Below the pieces are notes generated by a model that had not been told where the DNA came from, did not search any database, and saw only the letters and a program-made list of their open reading frames with translations. A DNA stretch of 64,000 nucleotides from an uncultured delta proteobacterium (GTDB lineage: Bacteria; Myxococcota_A; Polyangia; Palsa-1104): assembly GCA_963785725.1 (NCBI GenBank), contig CAWAWS010000039.1:384001-448000 (forward strand), written 5' to 3'. This document shows, one piece after another, positions 1 through 9,246 of this stretch (position 1 is its first letter; each line of letters opens with the position of its first letter). The translations under genes and the position numbers were made by a program.

Positions 1-475
<475 letters not shown>

Positions 476-558
476 GGCGCCCTGTGTTTATCAGGCTGGC
501 CCGCCGCCGGCAATCGAACTGGCGACGAAGAATGATCCGCCGGTGTATGCTCCCGCGC

Positions 559-1071
559 ATGGCCACGCCGCTGCCTCTGTCACGCCGTCCCGGTGACTTC
601 GCTTTCATCGGCTTTTTCATCGTCAACCTGTTCTTCGTGACCTATATCGTCGACATCGAGCAGCTGACGATCGCCAACCCCTTCAACTTCACCTATCCGC
701 TGTGGCCGCCGCGTCCGCTCGTCGACATGGTCCATTGGTGGGGGCGCAACTTCGACCCGGCGCTGATGGCGCGCGAGCCGTGGTGGCGGGCGACGATCTG
801 GATCGACGCGCTCGGCTTCGGCCCGTTCTACGCCTTCGCCATCTACGCGTTCGTCAAAGGCCGCGACTGGATTCGCATCCCCTGTTTCATCTGGGCCGGC
901 GTCATGTTCGCCAACGTCGTCATCATCCTGTTCGAGGAGATCTTGGGGGCGCACGCGACGCCGCGGCCGGGCATCGTCGTCGCCGCCAACGTCCCGTGGC
1001 TGCTGTTTCCGCCGCTCATCGTGCTGCGCATGGCGATTCGCGAGCGGCCGTTTACGCAGGCGCGGTCGTGA
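559..1071 (+). CDS. EXPERA/emopamil-binding-protein-like membrane protein (sterol isomerase superfamily)
   Basis: Four hydrophobic segments, plus DP-L---PWW and ANVPWLLFP motifs typical of EXPERA/TMEM97-like proteins. Start placed at ATG 559; 547 is possible. Confidence 0.75.
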   Translation: MATPLPLSRRPGDFAFIGFFIVNLFFVTYIVDIEQLTIANPFNFTYPLWPPRPLVDMVHWWGRNFDPALMAREPWWRATIWIDALGFGPFYAFAIYAFVKGRDWIRIPCFIWAGVMFANVVIILFEEILGAHATPRPGIVVAANVPWLLFPPLIVLRMAIRERPFTQARS

Positions 1072-1871
1072 TCGTCAGCGATTTTCAGCGGCAATATGGA
1101 CCGTGGGCCGTCGTCGCCGGCGCGTCGAGCGGGCTCGGCGCCGAGTTCGCGCGCCAGCTGGCCGGCCGCGGGCTCAACGTGCTCTTGCTGGCGCGGCGCC
1201 GCACGTTGACCGAGCAGCTGGCGCGGCAAATCGCGACCGAATTCAAGGTGGAAGCGCGCGCCGCCGAGGTCGATCTATCGTCGCCGGCGCTGCTCGAGCA
1301 GCTGCGCGCCGCGACGGCGGGGCTCGAGGTCGGCCTCGTCGTCTACAACGCGGCGCAGTCGCTGATCGGGCCCTTCATCGAGCAGTCGCTGGAAGAGAAG
1401 CTGCGCATCGTCGACGTCAACTGTCGCGGGCCGCTCGTGTTCGCCGACGAATTCGGGCGTCAGATGGTGGCGCGCGGTCGCGGCGGCATCGTCATCATGG
1501 CGTCGCTGGCCGCGGCCCAAGGCTCACCGCTCGTCGCGACCTATGCCGCGTCGAAGGCGTTCGACCTCGTGCTCGCCGAAGGACTATGGGACGAGCTCGG
1601 CCGCCACGGCGTCGACGTCGTCGCCTGCCGCGCCGGCGCCACGCGCACGCCCAACTACGAAGCCGCGCGACCGGCCGGCAAAGTGCCGATCATGGAGTCG
1701 GCGCCGGTCGTCAAAGCGACGCTCGATCAGCTCGGCCACGCGCCCAGCTTCGTGCCCGGCTTCATCAACCAGATGGTCAGCCAAGTCTTCGGCCGCCTCT
1801 TGTCACGACGCACGGCGATTCGCATCATGGGCAACGCCACGCGCAAGCTCTATCCCGCCGATCGCGCGTGA
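1068..1871 (+). CDS. Short-chain dehydrogenase/reductase (17beta-HSD/3-ketoacyl reductase-like)
   Basis: YGPWAVVAGASSGLG Rossmann motif, YNAA and catalytic YAASK. The GTG start overlaps the upstream TGA (GTGA). Confidence 0.9.
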   Translation: MIVSDFQRQYGPWAVVAGASSGLGAEFARQLAGRGLNVLLLARRRTLTEQLARQIATEFKVEARAAEVDLSSPALLEQLRAATAGLEVGLVVYNAAQSLIGPFIEQSLEEKLRIVDVNCRGPLVFADEFGRQMVARGRGGIVIMASLAAAQGSPLVATYAASKAFDLVLAEGLWDELGRHGVDVVACRAGATRTPNYEAARPAGKVPIMESAPVVKATLDQLGHAPSFVPGFINQMVSQVFGRLLSRRTAIRIMGNATRKLYPADRA

Positions 1872-1878
1872 GCCGCGC

Positions 1879-2637
1879 CTAAAGAATGAAGGGGACGATC
1901 GCTTTGCGCGAGCGCGGATAGTCGGCGAACGTGTCCTTGTACCACTTGTGATTCGACCACGCGCGCGGCACGAGGTTGGCGATCGTCCACACGACGAAGG
2001 CGGCGCCGGCCGGTGACCACGCGGCCAGCGTCCAGCCGCACCACTCGAGGATTTCGCCGAGATAATTGGGCGCCGACACCAAGCGGTAGAGCCCGCCGGT
2101 GGGGATCTTGTAGCCGCTTTCGCCGGGCGCGCGCAGGGTCCGCAACACGTGGTCGGAGTGCTGGTTGATGACGTAGCCGGCGAGGAAGAGGGCGACCCCG
2201 CCGAGAAAAGGCGCGCTCGTGAGCCAGGCGTCGCCGAAGGCGTGAAAGTGCGTCAGCCAGCGCGCGTTCAAGTAGCCGTTGACGCAGTTGAAGGAGAAGC
2301 CGAGCGCGACGACGGCCAGCGGCATCGGCTTGTCCCCGCCGCGACGCCGGAACGGATAGATGAACGAGCGGTTGAAGTAGTGCAGCTGCCACACGACGAG
2401 CAGCACCAGCGGCACGCGCGCGAACGCATGCTCGCCCATAAAGGCGACGACGGCGAACACCAGCGACGCCGGCGCCTCCATCAGCACCCAGCCGACGGTC
2501 GAGCGCACGGTCGGACCCCAGCCGCCGCGATTGTGGCGACCGTAAGGCGCGGTGATCAGAAACAGCGCCAGAAAGGTCACGACCGACAGCGCCAGCATGA
2601 CGAGCAGGAGCCCGTCGAAAAAATGCCGCTCGTTCAT
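1879..2637 (-). CDS. 3-oxo-5-alpha-steroid 4-dehydrogenase (steroid 5-alpha reductase, SRD5A/DET2 family)
   Basis: APYGRH, WVLMEAP, HYFNRSFIYP, YKIPTGGLY, PNYLGEILEW and YPRSRKAIVPF motifs. Confidence 0.93.
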   Translation of the reverse strand: MNERHFFDGLLLVMLALSVVTFLALFLITAPYGRHNRGGWGPTVRSTVGWVLMEAPASLVFAVVAFMGEHAFARVPLVLLVVWQLHYFNRSFIYPFRRRGGDKPMPLAVVALGFSFNCVNGYLNARWLTHFHAFGDAWLTSAPFLGGVALFLAGYVINQHSDHVLRTLRAPGESGYKIPTGGLYRLVSAPNYLGEILEWCGWTLAAWSPAGAAFVVWTIANLVPRAWSNHKWYKDTFADYPRSRKAIVPFIL

Positions 2638-2641
2638 GCGC

Positions 2642-3652
2642 CTAGCCTGCGGAGCGCATCGTTCGCGCGGGCGAGTCGAGCTGGCCGGCCTCGCGGAACC
2701 AGTCGTAGGTGTCGGTCAGCGTGTCGCGCAGCGGGCGCGGCTCATAGCCGAGCTCGCGCGTCGCCTTGGCGTGCGACACCAGCTGATGATTGCGCAGCGC
2801 GTGCAACGAGCGGCTGGTGAACAGCGGCTCCTTCTGCATGACCTTGGCCGCTGCCGTCGCGAACGGCGCCCCGACGCGCGCCAGCCACATCGGCGACACG
2901 AAGCGCGGCGCGCGCACGCCCGTCAGCTCCTGCGCCAGCTGCGCCAGCTCGACCACGCTCTTGTGCGTGCCCGACAAGAGATAACGCTCACCGGTGCGGC
3001 CGCGCTCTGCCGCCGCCATCGCGCCCGCGGCGACGTCGCGCACGTCGACCCAATCGAAGCCGCCGTCGATCAGCGCGGGCAGCCGCCGATGATAGAGATC
3101 GAGCAGCACGAGGCCCATGCGCGACGGACCGTAATCGTGCGGCCCGACGATCGCCGTGGGATTGACCACCACGGCGTCCAGCCCGCGCTCGAGCCCTTTT
3201 TTGATCTCGCGCTCGCCGCCCGCCTTCGAGCGATCGTAGGGCGGACCGGTGTGACCGTCGTTGAGCGCGCGCGTCTCGTCGACCGGCTCCGAGCGCGGAT
3301 AGGCCGAGAACGCGTGGATCGAGCTGAAGTGCACCAGCCGCTCGACGTGGTTCTGCAAGCAGGCGGCGACGACGTTGCGCACGCCGCCGATGTTCACCGC
3401 CTCCACTTCCGCTTCGTTACCGGGCGCGATGTTGATGTTCGCCGCCAAGTGAAACACGCGCTCCACGCCGGCGAAGGCGGCGACCAGCGACGGCGCGTCG
3501 CGGACGTCGGCCTCGAGGAACTCGACGGGCAAGTCTTCGATGCCGCGACGGTTCGAGTGGGTGATGGCGCGCACGTCGTGACCGGCGGCGAGCAGTGAAC
3601 GGACGAGGTTGGCGCCGACATGGCCGTTGGCGCCCGTGACCGCAATCTTCAT
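2642..3652 (-). CDS. NAD-dependent epimerase/dehydratase (extended SDR; 3-beta-HSD/HpnA/dihydroflavonol-reductase-like)
   Basis: VTGANGHVG, FHLAA, YDRSK and VDVRDVA motifs. Lies 4 bp upstream of the steroid reductase gene on the same strand. Confidence 0.9.
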   Translation of the reverse strand: MKIAVTGANGHVGANLVRSLLAAGHDVRAITHSNRRGIEDLPVEFLEADVRDAPSLVAAFAGVERVFHLAANINIAPGNEAEVEAVNIGGVRNVVAACLQNHVERLVHFSSIHAFSAYPRSEPVDETRALNDGHTGPPYDRSKAGGEREIKKGLERGLDAVVVNPTAIVGPHDYGPSRMGLVLLDLYHRRLPALIDGGFDWVDVRDVAAGAMAAAERGRTGERYLLSGTHKSVVELAQLAQELTGVRAPRFVSPMWLARVGAPFATAAAKVMQKEPLFTSRSLHALRNHQLVSHAKATRELGYEPRPLRDTLTDTYDWFREAGQLDSPARTMRSAG

Positions 3653-3689
3653 GCCGCGGAATGTACACGAAAAGCGACTAGAACGTGTA

Positions 3690-4223
3690 TCAGTCGCCGC
3701 CGCTCCCGCGCTTGGGCGGGCCGTCGTCGATGGGGGCGTGATCGGTCCGACCGCTGTCGCGCCAGGCCCACGCCGACATCAAGACGTCGTCGAGGCGGGT
3801 CGCGGTCTCGTCGTCGAGCGCCTCGGCTTGGCAGCGATCGCACGTCGGAATCGGGAAATCGGCGGGGATGGCCACGAACACGCCGCGAAAAGGCGCGCTG
3901 CGACCGGCGCAGGCGACCGGCGACAGCATGCCGCCGCGGCAAAACGGGCACGGTCGCCGCTCCGGCGCCGTCGCTGCCGGGGCCCGCGCGGCCAGCTTGG
4001 CGAAGGTTCGCAGGGCCAGCTCGGTGCGCACGAACAGCGCTTCGGCCTTCTGCAGGCAGCCGTCGTCGCAGGCGAGCAGCCGCTCGGCGTCGACGCGGCA
4101 GTCGTCGAGCATCGACGCCAGCCAGGCGTCGCGAGCGAGCGCCGCCGCTTCCGCCGTGCGCAGCTCGTCGGCGACTTGGCGCAGCCGCGACCGCAGCCGC
4201 TCCGTCTCACTCGGCGTATCCAT
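3690..4223 (-). CDS. Hypothetical protein with helical N-terminus and C-terminal YgiT/MqsA-type zinc ribbon
   Basis: CPFC...IPTCDRC pair followed by the helix EALDDETATRLDDVL. Start is uncertain (ATG 4223 chosen). Confidence 0.55.
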   Translation of the reverse strand: MDTPSETERLRSRLRQVADELRTAEAAALARDAWLASMLDDCRVDAERLLACDDGCLQKAEALFVRTELALRTFAKLAARAPAATAPERRPCPFCRGGMLSPVACAGRSAPFRGVFVAIPADFPIPTCDRCQAEALDDETATRLDDVLMSAWAWRDSGRTDHAPIDDGPPKRGSGGD

Positions 4224-4318
4224 GTTCCAGGTGGGAGTAAGCCGCGCCGATATGTAGGGCAAGTGCGTGAAACTAGTTTTGTTTTGTCTGACGTTTCGCG
4301 GCGACGTCCGTCACGAGC

Positions 4319-4696
4319 TCAGCCGCAGTGATGGCGCACGAAGGCCAAGAGCGCGTCGACGTCGACCGGCTTGGCCAGCACGAAGGAGACGCCGTCGGGC
4401 AGCGTGACGTCGACGTTGGCCGACTGCACACCGACGGGAATGCGCGCCCAGCGACGGTCGCGGCGCAGCGTGACCAGCAATTCCCAGCCGTCCATCACCG
4501 GCATCTGCAGATCGAGCAGCAGGAGCCGCGGCGGCGACGGCAATTCGGCCAAGCGCAAGAGGGCGTCGCGGCCGTTGGCGGCGGTGACGACGGTGAATCC
4601 GGCGGTCTCCAGGGTCGCGCGCAGAAGCACGCGCGTGTCGTGATCGTCCTCGACGACCAGCACCAGCGGCGGCGGCGCGTTCGATTCGGCTTCCAA
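4319..4696 (-). CDS. Single-domain response regulator (receiver)
   Basis: VLVVEDD, LLDLQMPVMDG and KP motifs. Confidence 0.9.
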   Translation of the reverse strand: MEAESNAPPPLVLVVEDDHDTRVLLRATLETAGFTVVTAANGRDALLRLAELPSPPRLLLLDLQMPVMDGWELLVTLRRDRRWARIPVGVQSANVDVTLPDGVSFVLAKPVDVDALLAFVRHHCG

Positions 4697-4845
4697 AAGC
4701 GACTCCGTTCACCCCTCCCAAAGAGGAGTAAGCACTAGCGCGTCAGGCCGCAAACTGAGGCGCCTCGCGTCAATATGGGGGCGGGACACCCGAACGGGGC
4801 ATCGATTCACCAGTGCGACCTCGTTAAGCCGTTGAAACTGTATGG

Positions 4846-5400
4846 ATGCGATATGGCCTCACTCTTGATGTGTCACTAGGAACGATGACCTCCGTTTTGC
4901 GACTGGAATACGAGGTGCGCACCAAGAATGGCGCCATTTTGGAGTCTTCGGACGACCGCGGGCTGCTCGAGTTGGTGCCCGGACGACATCGGCTCTTGCC
5001 GGCGCTGGAGGAGATCATCGCCGGCCTGCGCGTCGGCCAAGAGGCCCGCGGCGAATTGCCGGCGCACCGCGCCTTCGGCGACGAGAGCGTCCTACCGACG
5101 ATGCACATCGCGCGCAGCGAGTTTCCGTCCGCGGCCGGGTCGGCGCCGCCGCAGCCGGGCGAGCGCTACGAGGCCAACACGCCCATCGGCGATTTCGTGC
5201 GCTTTGCGGTGCTGGCGGTCGACGGCGCCTTCGTTCACGTGCGGCTGCTCCATCCGCTGAACGAGGCCGATTTGGAATATCGCTTCAAGCTCCTGGCCTG
5301 CAACGAGGTCGGTGGTCCGCCGCCGCTGCCGGCGCACGTGCTCGGCATCGACAGCGCCGCCATCGAGATCATCGAGGAGCGCAGCGGTCCGGCAAGCTGA
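4846..5400 (+). CDS. FKBP-type (SlyD-like) peptidyl-prolyl isomerase, divergent
   Basis: LEYEVRTKNGAILESS, G-H-LLPALEEIIAGL-VG, P--AFG and HPL---DLEY match the SlyD layout. Confidence 0.7.
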   Translation: MRYGLTLDVSLGTMTSVLRLEYEVRTKNGAILESSDDRGLLELVPGRHRLLPALEEIIAGLRVGQEARGELPAHRAFGDESVLPTMHIARSEFPSAAGSAPPQPGERYEANTPIGDFVRFAVLAVDGAFVHVRLLHPLNEADLEYRFKLLACNEVGGPPPLPAHVLGIDSAAIEIIEERSGPAS

Positions 5401-6860
5401 TGTTGGTGCCCAAGTCGCTAGCGGTCCTGATCGCCGGGCGCGTCGACGACGTGCTGGTGCTGCGCCGTCTGTTGCGCGAGACGAGCTATCGCGTCGACGG
5501 CGTCACCGGCGCCACGCAGGCGCTGCGCGCGATCACGCAGCACAGCTACAGCGCCGTCGTCGCCGATGACGATCAGATTCAGGGGCTGAGCGGCGCCAAG
5601 CTGCTGTCGCACGTCGAGGAGCTGCAGCCGGGGGCGCTGCGGCTGCTCATCGCGCCGCGCGAACGGCGGCCGCAGCTGGCGAATCAGTCGCTGAGCGGCC
5701 GCTTTCAGCTGTTCGTGCGGCCCTATTTCGCGGCGCCGATTCGCGACGCGCTGGTGGCGCACGAGCGCGCGGCGTCGTCGCGGCGGCGCACCAACGTGCA
5801 CGACGAGGATTCGGCGCCGCCGGTGGAGTCGCGCCGCGAGCCGCCGCGCGAGCGCGAGGCGCCGCGACCGTCGCGCGAGCCGATGCGCGAGCAGGCCCGC
5901 CAGGCGCGCGAAGTGGCGCGCGAGCCGCAGCGCCAGGCGCGCGAAGTGGCGCGCGAGCCGCAGCTGCGCGAGCAGGCGCGAGAGCTCGTGCGCGACGTGG
6001 CGCGTGAAGCGGCGCGCGAGCCGGTCCGTCGTGACGGCGGCGAGCGCGAACGGCCACGGCGCAGCGACCGCTCGCGCAAGATCGACGTGCGGCCGCCGAA
6101 GAGGTCGGCGCCGGCGCACGAAAGCTACGAGGAGAGCACGGTCGCGTTCGGCGGCGGCAACGCCATCGTCGAAGACGACACCAAGCCTTACGCGCTCGTC
6201 TCGGGCGGCACCGTCGCCCGCCGGCGCCTCTTGTTGACGATGGCGGAGCTGGCGGAGGCGACGCTCGGTCACGGCTCGGGCCACGCCTTGCGAGTCGCGG
6301 CGCTGGCGGTGGCGCTCGGTCGCGCCATCGGGCTCAGCCCGGCCGACGTCGACGCGCTCGACGAAGCGGCGCTGTTGCACGACGTGGGCGAGCTGGCGGC
6401 GAGCATCAGCTTGTGGCGCGTGCCGCGACGGCTGAATCAGGCCGAGCTGCAGCAGGTGCATCTGCACGCGCAGGCGAGCCACGTCGTCGCGCAGCGCTGC
6501 GGCGCGGCCAAGCCGGCCTTGTTGGCCGTGCGCCACCATCACGAGCGCTGGGACGGTCGCGGCTATCCCGACGGGCTGGCGCGCGCCGCGATCCCCGTGA
6601 CCGCGCGCGTGCTCGCCGTCGCCGACACGTGGGACGCGCTGGCGACGGCGCGCCCTTATCGCGACAAGCAGCCGCTGGCGCAGTGCGCGCGGACGTTGCG
6701 CGCCGCTGGCGGGCTGCAGCTCGATCCGGCGCTCGTCGAGCTGTTCCTGGCGCGCCGCATTCACGACGCCATCGACTGGGCCGATCCGCCGCGCGCCGCC
6801 GATCTCTTGCCGCCGGCGAGCGCCAAGACCTCGGCACCGCGACGCGCCCGCACCGGCTGA
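5400..6860 (+). CDS. Receiver-like domain + charged linker + HD-GYP cyclic-dinucleotide phosphodiesterase
   Basis: LLHDVGE, HHERWDGRGYPDGL and VADTWDAL--RPY motifs; degenerate REC N-terminus. Start overlaps the upstream stop. Confidence 0.85.
   Translation: MLVPKSLAVLIAGRVDDVLVLRRLLRETSYRVDGVTGATQALRAITQHSYSAVVADDDQIQGLSGAKLLSHVEELQPGALRLLIAPRERRPQLANQSLSGRFQLFVRPYFAAPIRDALVAHERAASSRRRTNVHDEDSAPPVESRREPPREREAPRPSREPMREQARQAREVAREPQRQAREVAREPQLREQARELVRDVAREAAREPVRRDGGERERPRRSDRSRKIDVRPPKRSAPAHESYEESTVAFGGGNAIVEDDTKPYALVSGGTVARRRLLLTMAELAEATLGHGSGHALRVAALAVALGRAIGLSPADVDALDEAALLHDVGELAASISLWRVPRRLNQAELQQVHLHAQASHVVAQRCGAAKPALLAVRHHHERWDGRGYPDGLARAAIPVTARVLAVADTWDALATARPYRDKQPLAQCARTLRAAGGLQLDPALVELFLARRIHDAIDWADPPRAADLLPPASAKTSAPRRARTG
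5898..5963 (+). repeat. 33-bp perfect tandem duplication within the HD-GYP linker (RQAREVAREPQ x2)
   Basis: cgccaggcgcgcgaagtggcgcgcgagccgcag at 5898-5930 and 5931-5963. Confidence 0.9.
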
Positions 6861-6864
6861 TTCG

Positions 6865-7356
6865 CTACAGTTTTCGTTGCATGAGGAGGAGGTCGAGCCA
6901 CTGGTCATGCTTGAAGCCGACCGCAGGCAGGCGACCGACCTCGACGAAGCCGTGCCGCGCGTGCAGCGCGACCGAGCCCGCTTGCTCGGCCGAAATGCCC
7001 GCCATCACCGTCTTCAGCTGCAGCTTCTGCGCGCGTTCCAAGAGGTCGGCCAAGAGCGCGCCGCCGATGCCGAGCCGCTGGCGATCGTGGCGCACATACA
7101 CCGAGTTCTCGACGGTGAAGCGATAGCCTTCGCGCGGCCGAAACGGACCCAAGCTGCCATAGCCGACGACCTCGCCGGCGCGCTCGGCGACGATGACGGG
7201 ATGCGTCGGCGGGCGATCGACGAACCAACCGTGACGCTCGTCCACCGTCGTGTGCGCGTACTGCCACGTGCAGGTCGAGACGTCGACATAGTGGTTGTAG
7301 ATGGCATTGATGGCGTCGAGATCGTTCGCGGTCGCCGCGCGGATCGAGAGCGTCAT
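6865..7356 (-). CDS. GNAT N-acetyltransferase (phosphinothricin/methionine sulfoximine acetyltransferase family)
   Basis: AIYNHYV, YRFTVENSVYV, S-ALH--HGF and VGFKHDQWLD motifs. Confidence 0.92.
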   Translation of the reverse strand: MTLSIRAATANDLDAINAIYNHYVDVSTCTWQYAHTTVDERHGWFVDRPPTHPVIVAERAGEVVGYGSLGPFRPREGYRFTVENSVYVRHDRQRLGIGGALLADLLERAQKLQLKTVMAGISAEQAGSVALHARHGFVEVGRLPAVGFKHDQWLDLLLMQRKL

Positions 7357-7464
7357 GCCGTAAATCTTAGCGCCGTCGCGTTTCGCGCGCGTTGCCAGAA
7401 CCGCGCGACCGCATTACAGTCGATGTCGCGCGCCGTTTAATGTCGTGCGCGAAGTAGGGGGACG

Positions 7465-9246
7465 ATGTCCACCGACACTTCCGATCCGCGCTACTACCAT
7501 CGCGTCGTCGACTGTCAGTGGGCCTGTCCGGCTCACACCAACGTGCCGGAGTACATTCGGCTGATCGCGCAAGGGCGCTTCACCGAGTCGTACCTGCTCA
7601 ACCGCGCGTCCAACGTCTTCCCCGGCATTTTGGGGCGCACGTGCGATCGACCGTGCGAGCCCGCCTGTCGTCGCGGCCGCGTCGACGGCAAGCCGGTGGC
7701 CATCTGTCGCCTCAAGCGCGTCGCCGCCGACTTGAGCGATCACGACGAGGTGCGCAAGCAGCTGCCGCCGATCCCCAAGCGCAAGAACGGCAAGCGCGTG
7801 GCGCTCGTCGGCGCCGGGCCGGCGTCGCTGACGGTGGCCAACGATTTGATGCCGCTCGGCTACGAGGTCGTGCTCTTCGAGAAGCTGTCGCAGGCGGGCG
7901 GGCTCATGCGCGTCAACATCCCGTCGTTTCGCCTGCCGTCGCAGGTGCTCGACGACGAAGTGAACATGATCCTCGACATGGGCGTCGACATTCGCTACGG
8001 CACGCCCATTCACAGCCTGAAGAAGCTCGTCGAGGACTCGTTCGACGCCGTGTTCGTCGGCTCGGGCGCGCCGCGCGGCAAGAACTTGGAGGTGCCCGGC
8101 CGCTACGACTCCGATCGCATCCACATCGGCATCGACTGGCTGGAGTCGGTGCACTTCGGCCACGTCACCAGCGTCGGCAAGCGCGTCCTCATCATCGGCG
8201 TCGGCAACACGGCCATGGACTGCTGCCGCTCGGCCAAGCGGCTCGGCGCCGACGACGTCAAGGTCATCGGCAGAAAGCCGCGCAAGTACTTCAAGGCGTC
8301 GCCGTGGGAGCTCGATGACGCCGAAGAGGAGCGCGTCGACATTTTGGAGAATTATTCTCCATTACGCTTCGTCATCGAGGACGGCAAGCTGACCGGCATG
8401 GAGCTCGAGCGCTTCTCGTCGCGGGAAGTGAACGGCAAGCTCGAGCAGCAGTCGCTCGATCGCGTGGTCTTGCCGTGCGACGACGTCATCCTCGCCATCG
8501 GTCAGGAGAACGCGTTTCCGTGGATCGAGCGCGACATCGGCCTCGACTTCGAGCGCGACATGCCCAAAGTCGACCGCGCCACGTTTCAGTCGACGCGCGC
8601 CGGCGTCTTCTTCGGCGGCGACGCGGCCTTCGGGCCCGAGAACATCATCTGGGCGGTCGAGCACGGCCATCAGGCGGCGATCTCGATCGACGCGCACTGT
8701 CATCAGCGGCCGGTTCACGAGCGTCCCGCCGATCGCATGCAGCTGCACGGCACGAAGATGGGCCTGCACGAGTGGAGCTACTCGAACGACTACTCGGGCG
8801 CCAAGCGCGCCAAGATGGAGCACGTCGAGCTGGAGAAGCGGCTCACGAGCTTGAACCTGGAGGTCGAGCTCGGCTTCTCGGCCGCGCAGACGGTGGCCGA
8901 GGTCGAGCGCTGCCTCAACTGCGACGTGCAGACGGCGTTCACCGAGTCGGCGTGCATCGAGTGTGACGCCTGCATCGACGTCTGCCCGATGGACTGTCTG
9001 ACGATCACCAAGATCGAGCCCGAGCCGGAGCTGCGCACGCGCTTGATGGCGCCGGCGCTGAACGTGAAGCAGCCGCTCTTGGTGTCGGGCGGGCTCAAAC
9101 AGACCGGCCGCGTGATGATCAAGGACGAGGACGTGTGCCTGCATTGCGGCCTGTGCGCCGAGCGCTGCCCGACGAGCGCGTGGGACATGCAGCGCTTCGT
9201 GCTCATCCATCCGCACGCCTTTGCCGCCGAAAAGGTGCCGACATGA
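7465..9246 (+). CDS. GltD/Sfr-like FAD/NAD(P) oxidoreductase with C-terminal 2x[4Fe-4S] ferredoxin domain
   Basis: CQWACP and GRTCDRPCEPAC clusters, GAGPA, G-GNTAMD, CIECDACIDVCP and CLHCGLCAERCP. Confidence 0.92.
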   Translation: MSTDTSDPRYYHRVVDCQWACPAHTNVPEYIRLIAQGRFTESYLLNRASNVFPGILGRTCDRPCEPACRRGRVDGKPVAICRLKRVAADLSDHDEVRKQLPPIPKRKNGKRVALVGAGPASLTVANDLMPLGYEVVLFEKLSQAGGLMRVNIPSFRLPSQVLDDEVNMILDMGVDIRYGTPIHSLKKLVEDSFDAVFVGSGAPRGKNLEVPGRYDSDRIHIGIDWLESVHFGHVTSVGKRVLIIGVGNTAMDCCRSAKRLGADDVKVIGRKPRKYFKASPWELDDAEEERVDILENYSPLRFVIEDGKLTGMELERFSSREVNGKLEQQSLDRVVLPCDDVILAIGQENAFPWIERDIGLDFERDMPKVDRATFQSTRAGVFFGGDAAFGPENIIWAVEHGHQAAISIDAHCHQRPVHERPADRMQLHGTKMGLHEWSYSNDYSGAKRAKMEHVELEKRLTSLNLEVELGFSAAQTVAEVERCLNCDVQTAFTESACIECDACIDVCPMDCLTITKIEPEPELRTRLMAPALNVKQPLLVSGGLKQTGRVMIKDEDVCLHCGLCAERCPTSAWDMQRFVLIHPHAFAAEKVPT

